DNA of 64,000 nucleotides from a virus (Duplodnaviria; Heunggongvirae; Uroviricota; Caudoviricetes): IMG/VR virus record IMGVR_UViG_3300037455_000816; one strand, 5' to 3'. Shown piece by piece: positions 55,751 to 64,000 of this stretch (position 1 is its first letter; each line of letters starts with the position of its first letter). The notes under the pieces were generated by a model. It saw only the letters and a program-made list of their open reading frames with translations, ran no database searches and was not told where the DNA came from. The position numbers and the translations under genes were made by a program.

Positions 55751-57892
55751 ATGGCAATACGTGGTCATCACATAGGTTTTGACATCTCTACGGAACTCCA
55801 GTCCATTCTACGCAAGAATGGGCTGGAAGCTCATATAGTACAGGACTACGACGGCAAGCTGTACCTCGAAGCACAGGGTCGTAACTACCCGTACAACAGG
55901 TATGAGATCACGCGACAGCAGGCAGAAGCCATGTCGCTGTGGGGCTATAACTCCACCAACACCAAGGCGTACAACACCCTGAAGCACATCCTCAAGGATG
56001 CGGATATGCCACGCGCTCTCGTGGTGGCCCGTCAGGCAGGCGGCCTGGTGAACATGGGACAGTGGGGACAGCGCATGACTCCCGAAAGGGCAGGCTTCTT
56101 CCCGCGTCAGCGTTTCGGTGGTCTGTATAACCCCGGTTACATGTCCCGCCCGGTGGCGTCTTTCCCAGGTGATCGTCTCGCCCCCGGCACCATGCGCTCC
56201 TTCGACTACCGCAGTCCGGGACTGCGCCCGACGACGGGCGTGTACTGGAAGGGTGAGCGCCGCCAATACGAATCGGAAGACCAGATGCCCGACAGAGTGA
56301 AGGTAACGGTAACGCCAGAGAAGCCGAGAGCTGCAGAGCGTCCCGAGCCGGGCAAGGCCGTAGCACTCACGGATCACTACATGAATCCGGTGTACTTCTC
56401 GCCTGAGCATTGGCGGCAAGTACTTGACTCCCACGGCATCGTCATCGACGAAGCCAACAAGAAGATGATCATCAAGTCTTCGGGCGCAAGGCTCAACTAC
56501 TCCTACGACCTGACGGATCAGGAGATAGCGAAGATCCTCAATCCCAAGCTGGAACCCGACGGCGTTTCCATCAAGGAACGTCTTGACATCATCAATAACA
56601 ATGTCAATTTCAAGAAGGACTTCGAGAGCGGAATCACCGTGGATATGCTCAAATCCAATGACATCATCGACGTGAAGCTCACGCCAGCCGCAAGAGAAAA
56701 ATTCGAGTACAAGTTCGAGGAATACGACCGCTGGATGGAACAACAGAAGATGCTTACCGAAGCCAAGGAGGCAGCCCGCAGCCAGTTCATGGCGCAGGAG
56801 GGGCGCATACGCCGCGACCCTGCTGCCATCAGCGGACGAGAGATAGGGGCCATCCTTGGCGGCTACGGCTGGTACAACGCCGAAGAGCACGGGCGCGAGG
56901 TGGTGGTGGCTGAAATCCGCGTCGATAACCTCAAAGAGGCCATCAACTCCGTGGTCATGCCCGACGGACGGGTGATGACCGCAGAGGAACTACAGAAGGA
57001 GATGGCCACGCTCGGCCCGGAAGATCAGGAATATGCCAAGACCATTCAGGACCGCTTGCAGAAGCTCATGGATGAGAACAAGGATGCCAAGGACAAGTTC
57101 GTCATGTCTGCCGTCATCAACGGCGAGATCGTCAGCCACGAGATTTCACGTAAGGACTACGAGAAATTCATGCGCTACGATGACGAACACCGCCTGAAGC
57201 TCTTCGACTCCATCTTCGGCGAGGTTTCCATCCAGAAGAGCGAGGGTGTCAGAGAGGGCCGTCCCGATGATGTGTTCCTCGCCGATGACGGACGCACATT
57301 CGTCACCCGTGAGGAGATGGATATCCAACGCTCCAAGTCCACCGGTGTGGACGGTCAGGATCTGCGTGACCTCAACTACAAGAAAGGTTTCTACCGCGAA
57401 GGCTCGCATGGCCGTGAGGTCACGGTGGATGCCATCAAGGTTGAGCCGGACCCGCAAAAGGAAGGCAACTACAAGATGACCGCCGTCATCAACGGCCAGT
57501 CCATCACGCACGACATATCGCAGAAGCAATATGACAAGTTCCTCGTAGTGGATGATATGCAACGTTTGAAGATGTTCTCAAAAATCTTCAATGAGGTCGA
57601 TATGAAGATTCGCCCCGAACACAAACCGAATGTCGGTGCCATGCTTATGGCCGGTCTGGTAGGTATCACACAGGCCGCCCACATGGTGACGGACATCGCC
57701 ATGGGGATGCCCCCAGGCCCGCGCCCGCCACACATGGCTCCTGAGATCTACGAGAGCAGTTCTCTCAGGAACGTACCGACACGCTCTGTCAGTGCATCCG
57801 ACCTTGCCTCGGCCAACTTCGAGTCCGGCGACCAGGAACGGCGCGAGAGCGAGAACATTTCACAGTCACAGGGAACGGGAAGGGGTGTATAG
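55751..57892 (+). CDS. large repeat-containing protein (two tandem copies of a domain of about 100 aa; possibly DUF3945-like, by memory only)
   Basis: Internal repeats YGWYNAEEHGREVVVAEIRVDN...MSAVINGEIVSHEISRKDYEKFMRYDDEHRLKLFDSIFGEV and KGFYREGSHGREVTVDAIKVEP...MTAVINGQSITHDISQKQYDKFLVVDDMQRLKMFSKIFNEV. Confidence 0.5.
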   Translation: MAIRGHHIGFDISTELQSILRKNGLEAHIVQDYDGKLYLEAQGRNYPYNRYEITRQQAEAMSLWGYNSTNTKAYNTLKHILKDADMPRALVVARQAGGLVNMGQWGQRMTPERAGFFPRQRFGGLYNPGYMSRPVASFPGDRLAPGTMRSFDYRSPGLRPTTGVYWKGERRQYESEDQMPDRVKVTVTPEKPRAAERPEPGKAVALTDHYMNPVYFSPEHWRQVLDSHGIVIDEANKKMIIKSSGARLNYSYDLTDQEIAKILNPKLEPDGVSIKERLDIINNNVNFKKDFESGITVDMLKSNDIIDVKLTPAAREKFEYKFEEYDRWMEQQKMLTEAKEAARSQFMAQEGRIRRDPAAISGREIGAILGGYGWYNAEEHGREVVVAEIRVDNLKEAINSVVMPDGRVMTAEELQKEMATLGPEDQEYAKTIQDRLQKLMDENKDAKDKFVMSAVINGEIVSHEISRKDYEKFMRYDDEHRLKLFDSIFGEVSIQKSEGVREGRPDDVFLADDGRTFVTREEMDIQRSKSTGVDGQDLRDLNYKKGFYREGSHGREVTVDAIKVEPDPQKEGNYKMTAVINGQSITHDISQKQYDKFLVVDDMQRLKMFSKIFNEVDMKIRPEHKPNVGAMLMAGLVGITQAAHMVTDIAMGMPPGPRPPHMAPEIYESSSLRNVPTRSVSASDLASANFESGDQERRESENISQSQGTGRGV

Positions 57893-57921
57893 CCCTCCCT
57901 TCCCTTTAACCATCTTAGCGT

Positions 57922-58413
57922 ATGACTACCGTTGACCGCTCAGATCATACCCTGCTGCTACGCCCTCATTGGGCGCAGTACTGCATCAAGGAGCTGCCGT
58001 GGCTCTTCATCTGCATCGTCATGCTCATCGGATTCCGCATGAACTGGCTGCTGATAGGTGAGGCGTTCCTGCTGATAGCGGCTTTCATCCTCACCTTCCT
58101 GATCTGTCAGGGGATAGCCGTCGCACGGGTACGCTATTTCATTACCGACGAACAGATCATCTACCGTCACGGCATCCTGCACCGCGAGACGGACTTCATG
58201 GAGTTGTACCGCGTTATAGACTATCAGGAAGACCGTACCTTCATGCAGCAGATAGCAGGGCTGAAGACGGTGATCATCTTCTCCACCGACCGCAGCACAC
58301 CCCGGCTGAACATCATCGGGCAGCGGTCAGGCTTCGACCTCATCAGCGAGATACGCTGGCGAGTGGAGCTGAACAAGCAACGTAAGGGAATCCATGAGAT
58401 TACCAACCGATAA
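57922..58413 (+). CDS. membrane protein with bacterial PH domain (bPH_2/YdbS-like)
   Basis: Two N-terminal TM helices then YFITDEQIIYRHGILHRETDFMELYRVIDYQE...LKTVIIFS, matching the bPH_2 pattern. Confidence 0.55.
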   Translation: MTTVDRSDHTLLLRPHWAQYCIKELPWLFICIVMLIGFRMNWLLIGEAFLLIAAFILTFLICQGIAVARVRYFITDEQIIYRHGILHRETDFMELYRVIDYQEDRTFMQQIAGLKTVIIFSTDRSTPRLNIIGQRSGFDLISEIRWRVELNKQRKGIHEITNR

Positions 58414-58448
58414 CATTTTTGTCTAACAAAATATCAGGAGGACCGATT

Positions 58449-59159
58449 ATGAAACGATTCCAATCACTTTTCAGAATGGTGGCCGTCATCTCAATGCTGA
58501 CAGTCACCACGGGCGTGTTCGCCATTGACTACGTGAGCGTCGATCCCCTCTGGGAGAAGGCCGTCATGGACGGTACGAAACGTGTCAATGACCAATATAA
58601 AACACAGACCACCAAGCTCCTCGAAATCTCTGCATTGCAGAACACGATGGCACTCCACTTCAACGCCGTGAAGGAGTGGCAGCGGAAATACAACTCCTAC
58701 CTGAAGACGGCATCAGGTTACGCAGAAGCCTTCAACGCAGGCACCAACCTCACGGCACAGGCCGTGCGTACCATGCGTGACCTGATGGACTTGAAGAAAG
58801 TCATGTCCCGTAATCCGGAGGGTATCGCCGCCACCCTGGCCATGAACAACCTCTATATGGAAACCATCACGGAGTTCATCAACACCTTCAGGATGCTGAA
58901 GTTCTCGGTTTCCACGGGAGGAGAGTTCAATATGCTCACGGGCAAAGAGCGCACGGAAATGCTCTGGGCCTTGGTGGACCGAATGGACGAGCTTAACACA
59001 AAAGTACGCAAACTGATACTCAGCGTCGCCTACTATAGGGTGAAGGACATCTGGGCGTTCTACACACGCGGGATGTTCGAGCGCCATAAGGGCGACATCG
59101 CAGAGAACTGCTTAGAGCGGTGGAACCGCATACAGGATGCAGTCAGGATCATGAACTAA
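58449..59159 (+). CDS. secreted hypothetical protein
   Basis: Signal peptide MKRFQSLFRMVAVISMLTVTTGVFA; start trimmed from the ORF-track 58419. Confidence 0.45.
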   Translation: MKRFQSLFRMVAVISMLTVTTGVFAIDYVSVDPLWEKAVMDGTKRVNDQYKTQTTKLLEISALQNTMALHFNAVKEWQRKYNSYLKTASGYAEAFNAGTNLTAQAVRTMRDLMDLKKVMSRNPEGIAATLAMNNLYMETITEFINTFRMLKFSVSTGGEFNMLTGKERTEMLWALVDRMDELNTKVRKLILSVAYYRVKDIWAFYTRGMFERHKGDIAENCLERWNRIQDAVRIMN

Positions 59160-59166
59160 AAACGCT

Positions 59167-59850
59167 GTGACCATGAAGAAGTTTATCTATATAATGTTAT
59201 TAACGATGTTCGCGTCCTTGCCTGCCGGTGCGGTGGAATCCAACCCCACGCTGGCGGCAAGGATCTATCTGGCCAAGCGGGATGCCACGAAAGCCCTGAC
59301 AGCGCAGAAGCTCGCGCAGGAGCTGGTGGCCGAAGGCCATGTGTTCGTCGGGCGTGAGGTACAGGCCACCAACGCCTTCCAAAGGGAGTTCAATAACTAC
59401 CTCGACACCTTCCATGACGCGGTTAGCATGGCAGCAGAGCTGTACGGTATCTATTACGAAATAAAACGTACCTCCAAGCTGGTCAGTCAGGTGTCCTCGG
59501 CCATGTCCTCGGCACCGGCCAACGCCATCGCCGTACTGCTGAAGCCAAACACCAGCGGACTCTACGGCTCCATCATCAACACGTCGCTGGGAGCCGCACA
59601 AGACCTGTATAATGCGTCACTGTCAAAACAGAAGCGCACGGAACAGGACAGAAACAAGATCCTTGATTCGGCACGTTCCAAGCTGAAGCTGGTCAACAAG
59701 CAGCTGGCACAGCTGCTGATCGTGCTGAAATATACCACCTTCGAAGACCTGTGGCACTCCATCCGCATCCGGGCACAGTACATGGATCCGACACGGAAGC
59801 ATACGGTCATAGAAAGGTGCTACGCCAACTGGAAGCAAAACATCCGATAA
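59167..59850 (+). CDS. secreted hypothetical protein
   Basis: Signal peptide ...ASLPAGA; 227 aa. Confidence 0.45.
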   Translation: MTMKKFIYIMLLTMFASLPAGAVESNPTLAARIYLAKRDATKALTAQKLAQELVAEGHVFVGREVQATNAFQREFNNYLDTFHDAVSMAAELYGIYYEIKRTSKLVSQVSSAMSSAPANAIAVLLKPNTSGLYGSIINTSLGAAQDLYNASLSKQKRTEQDRNKILDSARSKLKLVNKQLAQLLIVLKYTTFEDLWHSIRIRAQYMDPTRKHTVIERCYANWKQNIR

Positions 59851-59856
59851 TCCGAT

Positions 59857-62124
59857 ATGGAAGAGAGTAAAGAACTACAGGGAACGTACAAACTGTTCCG
59901 GACACTGGTCTATGTGTCCATCATGATTGAGTTTTTCGAGTACGTGGTGACCGATGACATGATCAGCGGCTTCGGCAGCTGGCTCGTCATCATCCATCAG
60001 CGCATCGGCGGCCTGATACTCTATCAGCCGGGCCACCTGTACTACAGTAAGCTGGCAACGCTGCTGCTGGTGTTCGTGACGTGTATAGGCACACGCAACA
60101 AGAAGCATATAGAGTTTGATGCCCGGAAGATGGTCTTCTGGCCCATCGGCATCGGCTTCGTGCTGCTGGTGCTGTCGCTCTGGCTCTTCTCCACGGAATA
60201 CCTCAACACCTACGTCTTCTCGCTGATGATACACACCTGGCTCTATATGATAGCCACCATCATCGGCACACTCGCCGTCCACGTCGCGCTGGATAACGTC
60301 TCTAAATACATCAAGGACGGCATCATGAAAGACCGCTTCAACTTCGAGAACGAGAGTTTTGAGCAGAACGAGGAGTTTCAGGAAACAAAATATTCCGTGA
60401 ACATCCCCATGCGGTACTACCACAAGGGAAAGTTCCGTCACGGATGGATCAACATCAACAACCCGTTCCGTGGCACCTTCGTCATCGGTACGCCTGGTTC
60501 GGGTAAGTCATTCTCCGTCGTGGAGCCGTTCATACGGCAGCAGTCAGCGAAGGGCTTTTCCATGGTAGTCTATGACTACAAGTTCCCCACGCTGGCGCAG
60601 AAACTTTACTACCACTACCGTAAGAACTACGCGAAGAATAAGAAGGATGGCAAAGACTTCAAATTCAACGTCATCAACTTCGTGGACGTGGAATATTCAC
60701 AGCGCATCAACCCGATCCAGCATAAGTACATCGGCGACCTCGCGGGCGCACAGGAAACGGCAACGGTGCTGGTGGAATCCCTGCAGGGCGGTAAGAAGGA
60801 GGGAGGCGGCTCAGACGACTTCTTCTTCAAGGCTGCCGTGAACTTCCTGGCCTCGTGTATCTACTTCTTCGTCAACTACAAGCGTATGCCGTACAAGGAT
60901 AAGAACACAATGCTCTGGCCGGAATACTATACCGACCCGCAGACAGGACACCGAAAGCTCACAGGCCGTGTGTTCGACACGGAGGCGAACCGCGACCTGG
61001 CAGAACAGGCCCGTGCCGCAGGCACAGTGTACTCCGTCGGCCTCGTGGATCCCGACTCGTACTACTGGCTCGGCAAATACTCGGATATGCCCCATGTGCT
61101 TTCGTTCCTCAACCACGACTATGAGCAGATCTTCGAGGTGCTAAAAACGGATGCAGAGGTGTTCCCCCTCCTGGCACCGTTCATCACGGCGTATGACAAC
61201 AAGGCCATGGAACAGCTGGAAGGTATGATCGGTACGCTGCGCGTACAGATCTCCCGTCTGGCGACGAAAGAGGCATACTGGGTGTTCCATAAGGACGGTG
61301 ACGACTTCGACCTGAAGGTGTCAGACCCGAAGAACCCGTCGTACCTCCTGATTGCCAACGACCCTGAGAAGCAGAAGATCATCAGTGCCTTGAACGCCAT
61401 GGCCCTGAACCGACTCACCACCCGTGTGAACAGCGGACAGGGAAAGAACATCCCCGTGAGCATCATCGTGGACGAGCTGCCTACGCTGTTCTACTACGGT
61501 GTGGATAACCTGATTGCAACGGCACGTTCCAATAAGGTATGCGTCGTGCTGGGCTTCCAGGAGCTTCCACAGCTGGAAGAGAGCTACGGCAAGGTGAATA
61601 AAGACAAGATCGTCTCTATCATCGGTAACGTCATCTGCGGCTCCCTGCGTAACAAAGAGACGCTGGAGTGGATGTCAAACGACATATTCGGAAAGGTGGT
61701 ACAGATGAAGAAGGGCGTAACCATCGACCGTGACCGCACCTCCATCAACATCAACGAGAATATGGATAACCTCGTGCCAGCCTCGAAAATCTCCGATATG
61801 TCCACCGGTTGGCTCTGCGGACAAGTTGCCCGTGACTTCGTGGTCACGAAGACAGGCCGTGGCGGTACGATGGATATACAGAACGCGGAGGAGTTCAAGA
61901 CCTCCAAGTTCTTCTGCAAGACAAACTTCGACATGAAGGAGATCAAGGCTGAGGAAGACGACTATAAGAACTACCCGCTTCCCAAGCCCTACCAGTTCGA
62001 GTCAAGGGATGCCCGCGAGAGAATCCTCTATGCCTGCTACAATCAAGTGAATCAGGACGTGGAGGATATGATCAAGGAGATATACATCCCCAACAAAGAT
62101 AATCCGAAACAAGTTAAAAAGTAA
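59857..62124 (+). CDS. type IV coupling-protein-like ATPase (FtsK/HerA superfamily; TraG/VirD4/MobC-like)
   Basis: N-terminal polytopic membrane region then Walker A GTPGSGKS and Walker B-like IIVDELP; architecture and size match conjugative coupling proteins. Confidence 0.6.
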   Translation: MEESKELQGTYKLFRTLVYVSIMIEFFEYVVTDDMISGFGSWLVIIHQRIGGLILYQPGHLYYSKLATLLLVFVTCIGTRNKKHIEFDARKMVFWPIGIGFVLLVLSLWLFSTEYLNTYVFSLMIHTWLYMIATIIGTLAVHVALDNVSKYIKDGIMKDRFNFENESFEQNEEFQETKYSVNIPMRYYHKGKFRHGWININNPFRGTFVIGTPGSGKSFSVVEPFIRQQSAKGFSMVVYDYKFPTLAQKLYYHYRKNYAKNKKDGKDFKFNVINFVDVEYSQRINPIQHKYIGDLAGAQETATVLVESLQGGKKEGGGSDDFFFKAAVNFLASCIYFFVNYKRMPYKDKNTMLWPEYYTDPQTGHRKLTGRVFDTEANRDLAEQARAAGTVYSVGLVDPDSYYWLGKYSDMPHVLSFLNHDYEQIFEVLKTDAEVFPLLAPFITAYDNKAMEQLEGMIGTLRVQISRLATKEAYWVFHKDGDDFDLKVSDPKNPSYLLIANDPEKQKIISALNAMALNRLTTRVNSGQGKNIPVSIIVDELPTLFYYGVDNLIATARSNKVCVVLGFQELPQLEESYGKVNKDKIVSIIGNVICGSLRNKETLEWMSNDIFGKVVQMKKGVTIDRDRTSININENMDNLVPASKISDMSTGWLCGQVARDFVVTKTGRGGTMDIQNAEEFKTSKFFCKTNFDMKEIKAEEDDYKNYPLPKPYQFESRDARERILYACYNQVNQDVEDMIKEIYIPNKDNPKQVKK

Positions 62125-62125
62125 T

Positions 62126-63016
62126 ATGCTTATGAGATACGCAGAGAAGAAGGAGATACGCCTGTATCACCAACAATACGACGGCCTGAAGCCCGTCGGC
62201 GGCTATACGCTGCCGACACTGGATTATATCAGCCGCCACGAGGACACGAAGATCCGTGTCCTGGACATCACGGATGTGGAACACTCCATGCGGTTCAATC
62301 CCATCCAGTACCGCTACCTGCCGACACTGAATAAGTGCCTGGCCATGGCAGAGAACCTGCTACGTGCCGCCTACGAGGAGAACGGCAGGCAGATGGGATC
62401 GGTGTTCATTCGCCGTCAGGCCGCGAACATCCTTGCTGCCTCGCTCTGGGTGGTCATCAACGACCAACTCACAGAGGAAATGATCAAGCAGGAGAAGGCC
62501 GCGCCAATGAGCGCACTGCCTAACCTATTGAGATTCCTGAGTTATGACTACGATTCCATCTTCATCATTCTCCGGAACCATTTCGAGGTAAGGCACCTCG
62601 TACAGACGTGCGAGAACTTCTATATGTGGAAGATGATGGACCAGCTGGAATCGGTGTTTGCCTATATCCGCACACCGCTAATGCAGCTGAATACCCCTGA
62701 GATATGCTGGATCACACGTCAGGGCGCAGATGATTTCTCCCTCGAATACGACAAGGAGAACATCTATCTGGCCATCGTCGGCAGTGCATCGCTGCCACAC
62801 GTCAACCGCCTGTTTTCCACGCTCGTCACAGACAGCCTTGACAAATGCCGTCCTGAGAAGGATGCTCCGAACAAGACGCTGGAACGCATCGAGTTCTTCA
62901 AGCCCTACGACTTTGGAAACGAGCGTGTACGTGAAGAGCGGCTGAAAGAAGTCGATAAGGCTATTGCAGAGGAAACGAGCGACTGGGTTAAGCAAAAGAT
63001 TTACCATTCCGCATAA
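62126..63016 (+). CDS. hypothetical protein (translationally coupled to the coupling-protein gene)
   Basis: 296-aa ORF starting 2 nt after the upstream stop. Confidence 0.45.
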   Translation: MLMRYAEKKEIRLYHQQYDGLKPVGGYTLPTLDYISRHEDTKIRVLDITDVEHSMRFNPIQYRYLPTLNKCLAMAENLLRAAYEENGRQMGSVFIRRQAANILAASLWVVINDQLTEEMIKQEKAAPMSALPNLLRFLSYDYDSIFIILRNHFEVRHLVQTCENFYMWKMMDQLESVFAYIRTPLMQLNTPEICWITRQGADDFSLEYDKENIYLAIVGSASLPHVNRLFSTLVTDSLDKCRPEKDAPNKTLERIEFFKPYDFGNERVREERLKEVDKAIAEETSDWVKQKIYHSA

Positions 63017-63027
63017 AATACGCCGTC

Positions 63028-63585
63028 ATGGAAAAGAAGATTTTCAGAAACCTGCTGGGAACGCTGTTCCTCTGGTACGTCGCCATCATCGCAGTGGCCT
63101 TCATGGCCGCACACTACGACAAGATAGCACTTAATACGTTCTACTGGATAGACCTGTGCGTAACCGTCCTCTGGTTCGTCCTCACAACGCTGGCATACGT
63201 CATGTACCGCCGTGCCAGCCAGCTCTTCACCGAAGACGAGGACATCTTCGGCATGGAACCGCAGGAGGTGTCAGAAGCCCCGCAAGAGGCTGCCGAAACT
63301 CCTGCTGAAGAGCCGATTGTGGAAGAAGAACCACAGGAACAAGAAGAAGCCGTTCGGGAAGCACCTGAAACACCGGAAGCTCCAGCGGTACAGCCCCAGG
63401 AGCAACCAAAAAAGAAAAAGGAACGCCGTTCACACGAGAAGCTTGACGAGCTGCTTTCGGAAGGTCTGGAGGGCCTTTCCGACGAGGAACGGGAATACCA
63501 ACGGCTGCTACGCATCAAAGAGGCCATGCAGCCTGTAAAGCCCGTCTATGAGTCACCGTTCAACCCGCCTATCGACGAGGACTAA
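63028..63585 (+). CDS. membrane protein with Pro/Glu-rich acidic linker
   Basis: Two N-terminal TM helices; E/P/Q-rich low-complexity C-terminal half. Confidence 0.45.
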   Translation: MEKKIFRNLLGTLFLWYVAIIAVAFMAAHYDKIALNTFYWIDLCVTVLWFVLTTLAYVMYRRASQLFTEDEDIFGMEPQEVSEAPQEAAETPAEEPIVEEEPQEQEEAVREAPETPEAPAVQPQEQPKKKKERRSHEKLDELLSEGLEGLSDEEREYQRLLRIKEAMQPVKPVYESPFNPPIDED

Positions 63586-63690
63586 ACGCCTGAGACGGTC
63601 AACATAAAGACTGTCAATTCATAATGCTGTCGCAAGAGGAGAGTGAAGGGATTTAACGGCTCATTGAACCTGTCCCTGCTCTCCTTTTTT

Positions 63691-64000
63691 ATCGGTAACG
63701 TATCACGATACTGCGACCTATCTGTACTTGACCCCTTTTACCTTGCAAAGGTAGGGCAAAGACCGGAGCCGTCAAGCACAGGTGTGCCTTACAGGTTCGG
63801 AAGGAAAATTATCGCAGCAGCCTTCCACAGATAGCTAATCACTATCTGGGTATTCCACGAAATTGTTCCTCCCTCATCGCTTGTCTTGCTCCACCGCCGG
63901 TGGCGGTAAAGTCTTCCCTCCTTCTTCAAGGCAAGTAAAAGGCTATACAGATAAAGGTCGTACCGATGACATAAAAAAAAGATCACATGGACACAATGAG
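63691..64000 (+). repeat. copy D of the conserved leader/ncRNA-like element (truncated by the window end)
   Basis: About 85% identical to copy A, including the terminal 36-mer. Confidence 0.55.

Noticed and set aside
55808..56890. 360-aa - strand ORF
   Set aside because: Antisense to the well-structured repeat-protein gene at 55751-57892; Arg/Leu/Val-rich antisense composition.
1..64000. tRNA and rRNA genes
   Set aside because: No T-arm (GGTTCGAntCC-type) or anticodon-stem cloverleaf candidates were found by eye, and there is no extended rRNA similarity.

Overview
This window looks like an accessory region of a Bacteroidales integrative/conjugative or mobilizable element. GC is about 50% and it carries many tightly packed small hypothetical genes. 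Hallmarks of the element are a topoisomerase III (Exc-like), an orphan C5 DNA methyltransferase, SSB, RadC, a MOB-type relaxase with a possible accessory protein and oriT, a type IV coupling-protein-like ATPase, XRE/HTH regulators, a DUF2493/SLOG protein, a NERD nuclease-like protein, an SPFH protein and a secreted non-specific nuclease. The most unusual content is a single operon of about 11 kb (11148-22207, + strand) with three parts. It opens with an OmpA-family outer-membrane protein. A non-canonical PorK/GldK-PorL/GldL-PorM/GldM-PorN/GldN-like type IX secretion/gliding-motor core follows, in which the PorK-like FGE-sulfatase domain is fused to an outer-membrane beta-barrel and a low-GC three-gene insertion separates porM from porN. 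It ends with a complete type V pilus module (DUF3575 protein, Mfa2-like anchor, fimbrillin). A fimbrillin-LRR-DUF1566 tip-adhesin-like protein with a type IX C-terminal sorting motif lies on the opposite strand (4350-6602). A perfectly conserved 25-nt palindromic motif occurs five times, each immediately upstream of an operon start. Two GC-rich repeats of about 630 nt with hairpin-preserving variation look like a large structured RNA (33491-34125 and 37939-38565). A second non-coding repeat family of 120-400 nt (five copies) sits upstream of accessory-gene blocks. No rRNA, tRNA or CRISPR arrays were found.
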